NCBI GenBank assembly: GCA_963718575.1
Contig: OY970358.1
Span: 29,718-93,717 of the forward strand
From: an uncultured bacterium
GTDB lineage: Bacteria > Patescibacteriota > Minisyncoccia > UBA6257 > 2-01-FULL-56-20
Length of the DNA stretch: 64,000 bases
Direction: 5' to 3'
Of the stretch, positions 10,266 through 19,312 are shown one piece after another; the first letter of the stretch is position 1, and the number at the start of each line of letters is the position of its first letter. The notes beneath the pieces were generated by a model. That model made no database searches. It had not been told where the DNA came from and was given only the letters and a program-made list of their open reading frames with translations. The position numbers and the translations under genes were made by a program.

Positions 10266-10658
10266 ATGGAAATTTTTTATGGAAGTTACGCCGAGACGAA
10301 ACGATTTCTAAGGCAATTTTATAAAAATATTGGGCAAATTTGGTGTCCGGTTTTAAATGATTATATCGTTTTTACGAGGCGCGGATTTGATCACCTTATT
10401 GGAAAAGGAGACATTGTCCGTCCGAAAAGCGAACAAAAGCGCCGGTTCTCGTTGCTTCCTTATGTCCAGGATATATTAATATATCCGCACGCAGAATTTT
10501 CATATGAAACTAAGCTTATCAATGAAAAGAATATTCATTATTGGAAGTTTACAGGAGCCGGCGGTGGTATGCATATAACAATAATTATTAAGCAGACGCC
10601 AAAAGGTAAAAAGCAGTTTTTGACCGTATATGGTAAAAAGCAAAAATCCACGCTGTAA
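10266..10658 (+). CDS. hypothetical protein in AT-rich islet
   Basis: 130-aa Lys/Tyr-rich ORF in a ~650-bp segment clearly more AT-rich than its flanks. Confidence 0.4.
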   Translation: MEIFYGSYAETKRFLRQFYKNIGQIWCPVLNDYIVFTRRGFDHLIGKGDIVRPKSEQKRRFSLLPYVQDILIYPHAEFSYETKLINEKNIHYWKFTGAGGGMHITIIIKQTPKGKKQFLTVYGKKQKSTL

Positions 10659-10795
10659 GCGTGGATCCTGCCCACCTGTCATCAGCACTTTTCGCCGATC
10701 GAGAACTCTAGATCCTCACAGGTATGCTCTTATGATAGTTTGTAGTATGAAAATGTCAAAATAATTTTAATAATCTTTTAATGAACCACCAAGAA

Positions 10796-12115
10796 CTAAA
10801 TCCGTGTGATATCCGCGCCGAGCTGCCGTAGTCGTTCGTCGATCCGCTCATATCCCCTGTCGATCTCTTCCACGCCCTCCACTTCGGAGACGCCGCTCGC
10901 GACGAGCGCGGCAAGGATGTCGACCATGCCGGAGCGGAGGTCGCGCACAGTGAGGTTCTTGCTGGTGAGCGGCGTGGGACCTTCGATCGTTGCAAAGTGG
11001 TAATGATTTTTACCCTGCAGGCGGCAGGGGTCGTTCGGCGGGCAATCGGTCGTCACTTTTATCTTTGCACCCATCTCGTTGAGGTCGAGCGCAAAGGCGA
11101 AGCGGTCCTCGTAGATCGTTTCGTGGATGGTTGAAGCGCCTTCCGCCTGGGTGAGGAGCACCGCGAGCGGCTGTTGCCAGTCGGTCATGAATCCGGGATG
11201 GGTGTCGGTGCGAACGTCGATCGCTCTGAGCGGCGCGGAGATGCCGCTGACCGGGGAGGGCGCGCGGAAGAACGCGATACCGTTATCCACCACTTCATAC
11301 TCGCCTCCCATGCGGCGAACGGCATTGAGGAATGTGATGAGGTGTTCCTGATTCGCGTCGTTCAACATGATGCGCCCGTTCGTCGCGATGGCAAGGCAGG
11401 CCATGGAAACGGCTTCGTTGCGGTCGGGTGGCGTGCGGTGTGTTACACCGTGCAATTTTTCGACACCATCGATCGTGATCGTGCGCGGCGGCGAAAGTTC
11501 TATGATCGCGCCCATCTTTTGGAGCATCTTCATGAGCTCGATGATCTCCGGTTCGAGCGCGGCATTCTTGATGACCGTGCGCCCTGTTGCGAGGACGGCG
11601 GCGAGCATGATATTCTCCGTCGCGCCGACGCTCGGAAAACGCAGCTCGATCTCGGCACCGTGCAGGCCGTTTGGCGCCCACGCGTGATAGCTGTCCTTTG
11701 TGATCTCTATCTGCGCGCCGAGCTTTGACAGCCCCTCCAGGTGAATATCCACCGGCCTCGGCCCGATCTTATCGCCGCCCAACACCGGCACCTCGGCCTC
11801 GCCCGTCCGCGCGAGCAACGGTCCGAGCGCGAGGATAGGAATGCGGTTGCGACGCGAAAGCGTCGTCACGCGATTATTCTTTATTGTTGGCGTGGCGATC
11901 TTTACCACCGGCCCGGCTTTGTCGATCGATGAACCGATATTCCGGAGAAATTCAAAGATGATGTCCAGCTCGCCGATCGTCGGTACGTTTTTGAGAAAGC
12001 ATGGCTCGTCGGTAAGGAGCGATGCCACCATCATCTTCGAGACCGCGTTCTTCGCTCCCGCGATGGTGATCTCGCCGAACAACGGCTTGCCGCCCTTAAT
12101 GATAAATTTTGCCAT
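10796..12115 (-). CDS. murA: UDP-N-acetylglucosamine 1-carboxyvinyltransferase
   Basis: MAKFIIKGG...ITIAGAKNA N-terminus, 439 aa, EPSP-synthase fold. Confidence 0.9.
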   Translation of the reverse strand: MAKFIIKGGKPLFGEITIAGAKNAVSKMMVASLLTDEPCFLKNVPTIGELDIIFEFLRNIGSSIDKAGPVVKIATPTIKNNRVTTLSRRNRIPILALGPLLARTGEAEVPVLGGDKIGPRPVDIHLEGLSKLGAQIEITKDSYHAWAPNGLHGAEIELRFPSVGATENIMLAAVLATGRTVIKNAALEPEIIELMKMLQKMGAIIELSPPRTITIDGVEKLHGVTHRTPPDRNEAVSMACLAIATNGRIMLNDANQEHLITFLNAVRRMGGEYEVVDNGIAFFRAPSPVSGISAPLRAIDVRTDTHPGFMTDWQQPLAVLLTQAEGASTIHETIYEDRFAFALDLNEMGAKIKVTTDCPPNDPCRLQGKNHYHFATIEGPTPLTSKNLTVRDLRSGMVDILAALVASGVSEVEGVEEIDRGYERIDERLRQLGADITRI

Positions 12116-13529
12116 GGAGGAATTCGCCTAGTTTGTCGATGGCGATCCGCTCCTGTGTTCCCGTGTCGCGGTCGCGAACGGTCACGGTGTCCTTATTCGC
12201 CGCCTCGCCTTCGCCCAGCGTGTCAAAGTCCACGGTCACGCAATATGGCGTGCCGATCTCATCCTGCGAGTAATAGCGTTTGCCGATGTTGCCGCGATCA
12301 TCCCAGGCGAGCATGAATCCATCGATGTCTTTTGCTCCTTCACGCAATATTTCATATATCGATTTTGCCTTTTCTACCAACTGCGGCTTGTTCGCTAAAA
12401 GCGGAAATATTGCCGCCTTGTACGGAGCGAGGCGTGGAGGAAGAGCAAGAAATTTTCTCTCGCCTTCTTCCCTGTAAAACTCAAATAGTGTTGCGAGGAA
12501 TATGCGGTTGAACCCGGCAGAGCATTCAACGATATACGGCAAAAATCGTTCGCCCGTCTTATCGTCAAAATAGGAAAGATCCGTTCCGGAAAATTTCTGG
12601 TGCTGGGTGAGGTCATAGTTGCCACGGTGATGGACTCCTTCCACCTCTTTGAATCCCATTTCGGCGAAATGAAGTTCGACATCCCACGCATCCTTTGCGT
12701 AGAATGCCCGTTCATCAGGGTCATGCTGGCGCCAATGAATATGATTTTCGGAAAATCCCAATGCGTTCACATAAAAATCGTGACGATTTTTTTTCCAATA
12801 TTCATACCAACTATCCGCTTCGTCGGGGCGGCAAAAGTATTGAATGTCCATCTGTTCAAATTCGCGCGTGCGGAAAATGAAATTCTTTACGGTAATTTCG
12901 TTGCGAAACGCTTTTCCAATTTGCGCAATACCGAACGGTAGCTTTCGACGGGTGGTTTCAAGGACGGATTTCCAATCGACATAGATATTTTGGCAACTTT
13001 CGCCTTTAAGATAAGCGACGGTGCTTTCATCTTCAACTGGCCCAAGATGGGTTTTTACGAGAAGGTTGAATTTTTTTGCCGTAGAAAGTGCATTTCCGTC
13101 GGGACTCTTTATTTTATGTTCTTGAATGACCGCATCCACTTCTTCGGGTGAGAGTGCGCCGGCATTATCCATGATCTTTGCTTCCTCGATCAAATGATCG
13201 GCGCGGTATCGTTTATGTGTCACCACATCTTCTACAAGCAAGTCCGAAAATCCGCCGATATGACCGGACGCCTCCCAAACTTTTGGGTGCATAAAGATAG
13301 CTCCTTCGATTTCCACCATATCCTCGCGCGACTCAATGTTCCAGCGCCGCCACACTCGCTCGATATTTTTCTTTAATAAAAAACCAAGCGGTCCGAAGTC
13401 GTAGGTTGCGGCAAAGCCACCATAAATTTCGCTTGAAGGGAAAATAAACCCTCTTTGCTTGGTGAGACTTATAATCTTCTCCATCATGCTGATATCTTTT
13501 TTTACACCCTTTTCTTTTGCCTTTTCCAT
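12096..13529 (-). CDS. glyQS: glycine--tRNA ligase (dimeric class II type)
   Basis: QRGFIFPSSEIYGG... class II motifs, 477 aa. Overlaps the murA start by 20 nt. Confidence 0.9.
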   Translation of the reverse strand: MEKAKEKGVKKDISMMEKIISLTKQRGFIFPSSEIYGGFAATYDFGPLGFLLKKNIERVWRRWNIESREDMVEIEGAIFMHPKVWEASGHIGGFSDLLVEDVVTHKRYRADHLIEEAKIMDNAGALSPEEVDAVIQEHKIKSPDGNALSTAKKFNLLVKTHLGPVEDESTVAYLKGESCQNIYVDWKSVLETTRRKLPFGIAQIGKAFRNEITVKNFIFRTREFEQMDIQYFCRPDEADSWYEYWKKNRHDFYVNALGFSENHIHWRQHDPDERAFYAKDAWDVELHFAEMGFKEVEGVHHRGNYDLTQHQKFSGTDLSYFDDKTGERFLPYIVECSAGFNRIFLATLFEFYREEGERKFLALPPRLAPYKAAIFPLLANKPQLVEKAKSIYEILREGAKDIDGFMLAWDDRGNIGKRYYSQDEIGTPYCVTVDFDTLGEGEAANKDTVTVRDRDTGTQERIAIDKLGEFLHGKIYH

Positions 13530-13540
13530 ATTATTAATCG

Positions 13541-15499
13541 TTATTGTGTTATCACGTCGCCGGATTGGCTGTTCAGCGAGGGGTCATTTGGCAGATAGGT
13601 GGTCACTGGAGGCGCGGTGAGCGTTACCGTAGATCCGGTGAACTCGTCCGTGGCGGTGAGCGTCGTCGGCCCGAGGAGGGTAACCGTCTGCCCCACCTGG
13701 TTGATCGCCGGCGTGTTCGTCACCTGGAAGACCGCCTGCGCCGGCGGCCCGACCACCCCCGTCGTTGCCGGGATGAACGGGATCGTCCACGTGATGAGAC
13801 CGGTTCCCGCATCATACGTTGGCACGGAAGGCGGTGTCGAGGTCGTTCCGACTCCGGAGATCACTGCCAGGCCTGAGCTCGTCGCTACGCCCGTGAACGT
13901 CGTCCCCGACTGCAGGTACGCTGATACAGTAACACTTGTCGCGTCGGTTGAATAGTTGGCGATGTCCCAGTGGATCGTGTACTCCGTCGGCAGATTGGCC
14001 ACCGGCGGATAGGGGCCGGCGTTCGCGATGCCGGGCGTTGTCTCCTTTACATATCCGTTCGCCCCGAGCGTGATCTCGCCTGCGACTTTATTGGTGAGCG
14101 TCGTCACGGAGGTCGTGTTTGTTCCGGCGGTGCTCTGCAGGACGGTCGGCGACTGCGCCTCTGCGGTGACGCTCAATGAATAATTTTTCTCGCCTTTCTC
14201 GGCAAGTTGTGTCGGGAATGTCGGCAGTGTTTCGATCGTGAAGTCCACCGTTCCCGACTGGCCCGGAGCGAGCGACGCGAGCGCCGGAGTATTCGCCGCA
14301 TACCACGTGATCACATCTGATTGTGAATTGAACGACCCGTCGGTTTTCAGGGTCGGAAAATCATACATCTGTCCGGTGAGCGTGGCGGAAATATTCACAT
14401 CCTGGAATGTCACATTCGAATTGTTTGTATACGTTAAAATGTAGTTAAGACTGTCCCCTATTTTTGAAACATAGGTTGATGAGTTATTCAATGAGATCGT
14501 GAGTGAAAGCGGCGATGGGATCACGGTAAAGCTCGTTTGCTGGGAAGCCGCGGGATAGTTCTGTCCCGAAAAGTTCGCGCCGATCGTGCCGGTCAGTGAG
14601 TATGGCGCCTGCGCAGGGCCGACGATGTTTCCGGTGATGACGAGCGTTCCCGTCGCATTCGCCGCGAGCGAGCCAAGATCCCATGTATCGTTTCCGTTAT
14701 TGATCGGCGCCGTGCCGCTGCTCGACACAAAGTGATATGCCGGCGGATAGTTCATTTGTAGCTGGATGCCCTGCAGTTCGTTCGCCGTATCATTTTGGTA
14801 ATTCACCGCGAGGGCAAAGTTTTGTCCGCTAAAGATACTTGCGGGGGCGTTGTAGGTGATGGTGAGCGCCGATTGCGTCCCGATGGCAAGCGCGGTGCTT
14901 GCGTTAGTGGCGAGTTGTGTCGCTCCGGTCGCGGCGGTCTGGTAGGTGAGCACAACGCCTACGGTCTGCACAGTGCCTGGATCTCCGGTTGCGACAAGCC
15001 AGATGGTCTGCGGCGGATTGATGGTGAGCGAGCTTAGGGTGCCGACGTCCTGCGTCGCGACGGTGCCGCTCGCAAAGGAGATATCAGCAGGAAGGGAAAT
15101 ATTTAACTGCCCATCATTAAGCACGCTCTTTGAATTATTCGAGACGGTGATCGTGAGCGGAAACGGTTCACCGATCACGATCGATCCCGGATTGGAGAAT
15201 GAAATCGTGACGTTCGGCACCGGAGGCGGGAGCACCAAATAATAAACGAAAGCGGCGATCGCGATTACGACGAAGATGCCGATCGTAAAAAAGAGCAATC
15301 CGTGGCGGCGGAAAAAGCCGGGCGGCTTATTGAACCCACTTGATCCACCGCTTGAGCCGACCGGCGTACCGGCGAGCGGCGCTTCCGGCGGCGGCACGGT
15401 GCCGGGCGTTTTCGCCGGCTGAGATTTTTCTCCCTGGGGCGCGTACGTATATTTCTTTTCTTTGCTGTCCCAGATCGAATTTGGATTATAGCCGGGCAT
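13541..15499 (-). CDS. large membrane-anchored surface protein with repeated Thr/Ser-rich beta domains
   Basis: N-terminal signal-anchor (LLFFTIGIFVVIAIAAFVYYLVL) followed by ~600 aa of repetitive T/S/N/G-rich segments. Confidence 0.55.
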   Translation of the reverse strand: MPGYNPNSIWDSKEKKYTYAPQGEKSQPAKTPGTVPPPEAPLAGTPVGSSGGSSGFNKPPGFFRRHGLLFFTIGIFVVIAIAAFVYYLVLPPPVPNVTISFSNPGSIVIGEPFPLTITVSNNSKSVLNDGQLNISLPADISFASGTVATQDVGTLSSLTINPPQTIWLVATGDPGTVQTVGVVLTYQTAATGATQLATNASTALAIGTQSALTITYNAPASIFSGQNFALAVNYQNDTANELQGIQLQMNYPPAYHFVSSSGTAPINNGNDTWDLGSLAANATGTLVITGNIVGPAQAPYSLTGTIGANFSGQNYPAASQQTSFTVIPSPLSLTISLNNSSTYVSKIGDSLNYILTYTNNSNVTFQDVNISATLTGQMYDFPTLKTDGSFNSQSDVITWYAANTPALASLAPGQSGTVDFTIETLPTFPTQLAEKGEKNYSLSVTAEAQSPTVLQSTAGTNTTSVTTLTNKVAGEITLGANGYVKETTPGIANAGPYPPVANLPTEYTIHWDIANYSTDATSVTVSAYLQSGTTFTGVATSSGLAVISGVGTTSTPPSVPTYDAGTGLITWTIPFIPATTGVVGPPAQAVFQVTNTPAINQVGQTVTLLGPTTLTATDEFTGSTVTLTAPPVTTYLPNDPSLNSQSGDVITQ

Positions 15500-15989
15500 C
15501 TATGAATATTACCGCATCCCGGTGCGCTTTTGAAGCGTGTGTGCGGCAATAAAATTCCTGGTGCGTGATATAAAAGTATTCCGGATGTTTTTCGCCGCAC
15601 ATGATGCATTCCGCCCCCTCCGGATCCCATCCCAAGATACTCAAAACGGTTGCCCATTTGAACTGCTCGCCCATCAACAATTCCCACAGCGCCGGTTCCG
15701 GTTCCGCATCGGGAAGGAGCTGGCTGAGCGAGTGCATATCGCCGAGCGGCCGCGTCAGGCGCGTGGATTTGAGCGCATCAATAAGCTGCGTCCCTTTTGC
15801 ATCAAAAAAGCGGATCTTCGCCACGATCCCGGGCTCAAGGTGCGGCGCAAGCTTGGAAGTGATCTTTCGTGAGCTTTTCGCCTTCGCCACGATCTTTCCG
15901 AACCGCTTTGTAAAAAGCGTATAGCGGCTATCGAGGTCGCCGAGCGGTTCTTTTCGGAGCACGATGGCGTCGGTCACGTATTCTTGCAT
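15486..15989 (-). CDS. recO: DNA repair protein RecO (short form)
   Basis: MQEYVTDAIVLRKEPLGDLDSRYTLFTKRFGKI OB-fold N-terminus and a C-terminal CIMCGEK...C zinc-finger-like motif. Confidence 0.7.
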   Translation of the reverse strand: MQEYVTDAIVLRKEPLGDLDSRYTLFTKRFGKIVAKAKSSRKITSKLAPHLEPGIVAKIRFFDAKGTQLIDALKSTRLTRPLGDMHSLSQLLPDAEPEPALWELLMGEQFKWATVLSILGWDPEGAECIMCGEKHPEYFYITHQEFYCRTHASKAHRDAVIFIDARL

Positions 15990-16282
15990 GAATCCATTAT
16001 AGGGAATAAGAAATGCGGTGGCTAATGTGCGCAGGAGTGGACAATGTTCAAGGGATTTTATATGCTATTGGATAAGAAAAGGTCAACGATCAACGATTCC
16101 AGTATTGATGCCATGAGGAAGGGGGTGCGATATGATGTGTCGCTTCCATATCATTTAGTGGAGACACCGGTGTTTCCATGGGGATGATGCGGCAACGGAC
16201 TAATTCTTAACTCTTCCTGCGGATCAGGCTCTGGACGAGGCATCGGATTCGTCCACCCAGATCTAAGAAGGCGAAGCAACCC

Positions 16283-16316
16283 GGAGCCGGTTTCGATCGG
16301 CTCCGTTTTTATTTTT
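16283..16316 (+). terminator. intrinsic terminator-like hairpin + T-run
   Basis: ggagccg-gtttcgat-cggctcc followed by gtttttattttt. It closes a ~300-bp ORF-poor segment downstream of recO. Confidence 0.45.
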
Positions 16317-16350
16317 GCGCGGGGTATCGGATCAGGTTCGAACCTATTTT
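16317..16350. repeat. tRNA-3'-end-like repeat, copy A
   Basis: gcgcggggtatcggatcaggttcgaacctatttt. Shares the ggttcgaacc T-loop-like core and gtgcg..g acceptor-like part with the tRNA-Tyr 3' end at 21294. Confidence 0.7.
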
Positions 16351-16364
16351 ATGAAAAAGGCCCA

Positions 16365-16766
16365 TCATTGCTGATGGACCTCTGATAGTTTCTCGCCAAA
16401 GGGAGTGGAAACGTCCATTTCGATATGGACATCTATCCCCACAAAATCCAAACCGCCACCTATAGGACCACAGAGAATTTTCACCACTCCAGGAGGCGGT
16501 AGTTCGAATAGCTTATAAGAAACCCCTTCTTGTACACGGTCCCCTGCACACCGGAGAAATTGCCCCAAGATTTGCATAAGTCGTTCAATAGATCCTTTTT
16601 CGGCCACGAGGGAGAAATCTTTCTCCCCGCCTTTGAATGCTCGCAAGGCAAGGGCAATCTTTTGCCTAATCTCCCAAGTAGTTTCTTTCGGACCAATTAC
16701 CAGCTCATACATAGATCCTCCTGAAAAATCTGAAAGTAGTATACCAAATCTAAGTAAAAAAAACAA
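16365..16766 (-). CDS. hypothetical protein (cassette gene 1)
   Basis: 133-aa ORF with no recognisable motifs, bounded by repeat copies A and B. Confidence 0.4.
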   Translation of the reverse strand: MFFLLRFGILLSDFSGGSMYELVIGPKETTWEIRQKIALALRAFKGGEKDFSLVAEKGSIERLMQILGQFLRCAGDRVQEGVSYKLFELPPPGVVKILCGPIGGGLDFVGIDVHIEMDVSTPFGEKLSEVHQQ

Positions 16767-16782
16767 CTTTTGAAAAAGCTAT

Positions 16783-16832
16783 GCGTTAAACGAATTTTGT
16801 GCGGGGTATCGGATCAGGTTCGAACCTATTTT
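16783..16832. repeat. tRNA-3'-end-like repeat with conserved flank, copy B
   Basis: gcgttaaacgaattttgtgcggggtatcggatcaggttcgaacctatttt. The flank gttaaacgRattttgtgcg is identical to the 3' flank of tRNA-Tyr. Confidence 0.7.
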
Positions 16833-17263
16833 ATGCAAATTAAAACCGCAGGGTGAATCCAGGTACATCAGATCGTTCGCTCGCCACTACTAGATCTTCC
16901 TGGATTCACTTGTGCGGTAGCCTAAATCGTGTCGTCCCGTTTTCTTTCGAAAACGGAAAAGTGAAAGCGTGGCCATTCCTTCCACTGATTTATTACCCGT
17001 CGTAGCCTTGGTGGGCTCTTACCCCGCCAACTAGCTGTTAGGGCTCCTGACCGAATCATCCAGTTCCCGGAAAAGCAGTTTTCGGTGGCCTGCGCCTCCC
17101 GAAACGGGGTGTTCCTCGCGAGTCTACCCCAACTGGACGTTCGTTATCCGAAACTGTATTGAGTCTAAGTAGAAATAAACCAAAAAGCAAATTTTGCGCA
17201 CTCTCAGGATGCGAACCGTTTTTATTCGATTTTAAGCTCTTAAAATCTGACTTTTCTGCTTTT

Positions 17264-17297
17264 GTGCGGGGTATCGGACCAGGTTCGAACCTATTTT
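17264..17297. repeat. tRNA-3'-end-like repeat, copy C
   Basis: gtgcggggtatcggaccaggttcgaacctatttttt. Confidence 0.7.
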
Positions 17298-17322
17298 TTG
17301 ACAGTTTTCGAAGAGTTCATAT

Positions 17323-17976
17323 CTACTCCTTTTTTAAAACGACCAAAAATTCAATCACATCATTATCGTGAATTCCAAAAGGGGCTTTAACTCTCCAATC
17401 GGAAGCGGTAATGGGTGCTGTCCCAACTGCTTCAAGCACCGTTCCATTATAGCTTGTGGTGAATGCAATGGTTACCGGATGGGTAATGCCGTCGATGGTG
17501 AGCGATCCGGGTGCGGTCGATGAAATGGTTTGGCCGCTGGAAGCAAGGCCAGCGAGCGCGATGGGGGCTGTTAGCGTGAGCGTCGCATTCGGGTACGTAT
17601 TGGTATCGAGAATTTGTAGGAGGCTAGGATACGGTTTGCCGCCCATCGTTAATTGACTGAGATCGGCTTGGAATGTTCCCGATGAAATCTCGTCATTTAC
17701 AATGACAAGCGAGCCGGTTACCGCGCTTGTGCGCCCCACAATCACGCTGCTCTGCGTAAGGAACGATTCATTCACTCGAAAGCCGGCAATTGAACCACTC
17801 GTCGCTAACCAAGTGCCGTCAGCCGAGGTCGTGATTGTTGTCTCCGTGTTCAGTTGTGGCAATTGCAATGGAGGTGCCGTTGGACCCGCCAATGATCCGG
17901 GAAAGATAAGAAGCGCGATAATCACAATCGCGCAAATTGCGACAATGCCGATCATGATCCACATGAATATTTTCAT
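17323..17976 (-). CDS. YceI-like domain protein with N-terminal TM anchor
   Basis: TM helix, then a beta-rich domain with YceI-family-like pattern (GFRVNESF...VIVGRTSAVTGSL...). Confidence 0.5.
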   Translation of the reverse strand: MKIFMWIMIGIVAICAIVIIALLIFPGSLAGPTAPPLQLPQLNTETTITTSADGTWLATSGSIAGFRVNESFLTQSSVIVGRTSAVTGSLVIVNDEISSGTFQADLSQLTMGGKPYPSLLQILDTNTYPNATLTLTAPIALAGLASSGQTISSTAPGSLTIDGITHPVTIAFTTSYNGTVLEAVGTAPITASDWRVKAPFGIHDNDVIEFLVVLKKE

Positions 17977-18410
17977 TTATAAAGATAGTGGGGATTGCCG
18001 GGTTCGGTGACCGTCAGCAGGTCGAAGTATTCTCTGATCTTGGTGAATTTGCCGTCTTTGATATCACAACTTAATACTATTGGAATATTGACCATCGTGC
18101 CCGGGGCTGGTCTATTGGTAGATGCTGGCCATTTGTCCGTGACAACGGCCTTGTGCACATATTCCCAAATAAGCTTCGTCCCTTCGGCGTCAGTGAAGAC
18201 ATTGAAAGGCAGAAGTCCTTCCCCTGTGCCATGTGTCCGTGCAGCCACCGATCGCGTTGCGAGCTCCCGAATCTTGTCGAGTCCTTTAAACGTCTCACCG
18301 GTGGCCATGACCACCCACTCCCCGTCCGGCGACCAAAGCTTCATCATGTCCTCGACCCCTTCGTGGGTCATCGCTTCAGTAAACGCCTTAACAAAATCTT
18401 CGGTATTCAT
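17973..18410 (-). CDS. NTF2/SnoaL-like fold protein
   Basis: 145 aa, alpha+beta cone pattern (FTEAMTHEGVEDMMKLWSPDGEWV...). Overlaps the downstream gene by 4 nt. Confidence 0.45.
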   Translation of the reverse strand: MNTEDFVKAFTEAMTHEGVEDMMKLWSPDGEWVVMATGETFKGLDKIRELATRSVAARTHGTGEGLLPFNVFTDAEGTKLIWEYVHKAVVTDKWPASTNRPAPGTMVNIPIVLSCDIKDGKFTKIREYFDLLTVTEPGNPHYLYK

Positions 18411-18647
18411 ATTTTTTTAGGTTAATAGTTTTTAATCCTCGACCCTATCAACGCCGTTCGAGAGATAAAGATATTACCGCCGTAAAGGCAGCATAGCTTT
18501 AGATAAAGTTTTAATGTATTAAAAGGATTTTGTGCGCGGAGAGGATTCACCCGCGAGTCTTGCGCTCGCGCAAGCTCTGGGCACCGGCTCGGCAAATTTT
18601 TCTGCTGAAAAATTTTCCTCCGCCGTTCGAATCCCCTTCAGAACAGG

Positions 18648-18714
18648 CAAACAAAATAGGCTTTGTTCGAGCGTCCCGAAGGGTGTCTTGCTCGAACAAA
18701 GCCTATTTTGTTTG
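18648..18714. repeat. perfect 25-bp inverted repeat with 17-nt loop
   Basis: caaacaaaataggctttgttcgagc-gtcccgaagggtgtctt-gctcgaacaaagcctattttgtttg, immediately abutting repeat copy D. Confidence 0.8.
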
Positions 18715-18716
18715 CG

Positions 18717-18750
18717 GTGCGGGGTATCGGATCAGGTTCGAACCTATTTC
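18717..18750. repeat. tRNA-3'-end-like repeat, copy D
   Basis: gtgcggggtatcggatcaggttcgaacctatttc. Overlaps the stop of the NUDIX gene. Confidence 0.7.
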
Positions 18751-19181
18751 TCCCTATAAAACTTCCCCTTCTGAATATCCTCTATCGCCTGTTTTGTATA
18801 AGGCATCGTATTGGGAGGCAAATTATCAATCGGAAACCAGCCACATTCATCGCACTTTTCCGGTTCCATATTACTCGGTTCACCACTCCATTTTTCACAG
18901 AGAAAAAAGAAGTCATCGTATTCCATATCCGTTCCGCCATAGTCCAATCGGTGCATGGCGTGCACAAAAGAAATATCTTCAGGAAGCGCATCAATACCCA
19001 CTTCCTCTTTCGCTTCACGGATAGCGGCAATTGAAGGTTGTTCATCTTTTTCAACATGACCAGAGGGCAATCCATACTTGCCATCTTCATAACCAGTGTT
19101 CGCGCGACGTAAAAGGAAAATCTGATTGTCGCGTTTTAAAACAAGATATGCCGCAACGTAAACTTTATGATGATTGCTCAT
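18744..19181 (-). CDS. NUDIX hydrolase
   Basis: Nudix box GLPSGHVEKDEQPSIAAIREAKEEVGI (GX5EX7REUXEEXGU). Confidence 0.8.
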   Translation of the reverse strand: MSNHHKVYVAAYLVLKRDNQIFLLRRANTGYEDGKYGLPSGHVEKDEQPSIAAIREAKEEVGIDALPEDISFVHAMHRLDYGGTDMEYDDFFFLCEKWSGEPSNMEPEKCDECGWFPIDNLPPNTMPYTKQAIEDIQKGKFYREK

Positions 19182-19210
19182 TCCAAAATTATATCACTTG
19201 TTGATATTTT

Positions 19211-19260
19211 GCGTTAAACGGATTTTGTGCGGGGTATCGGACCAGGTTCGAACCTATTTT
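19211..19260. repeat. tRNA-3'-end-like repeat with conserved flank, copy E
   Basis: gcgttaaacggattttgtgcggggtatcggaccaggttcgaacctatttt. Confidence 0.7.
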
Positions 19261-19312
19261 ATACAGTTTTCCAACAATTCCGTCTTTTAATTTTGCGATA
19301 TAAAACACCCCT

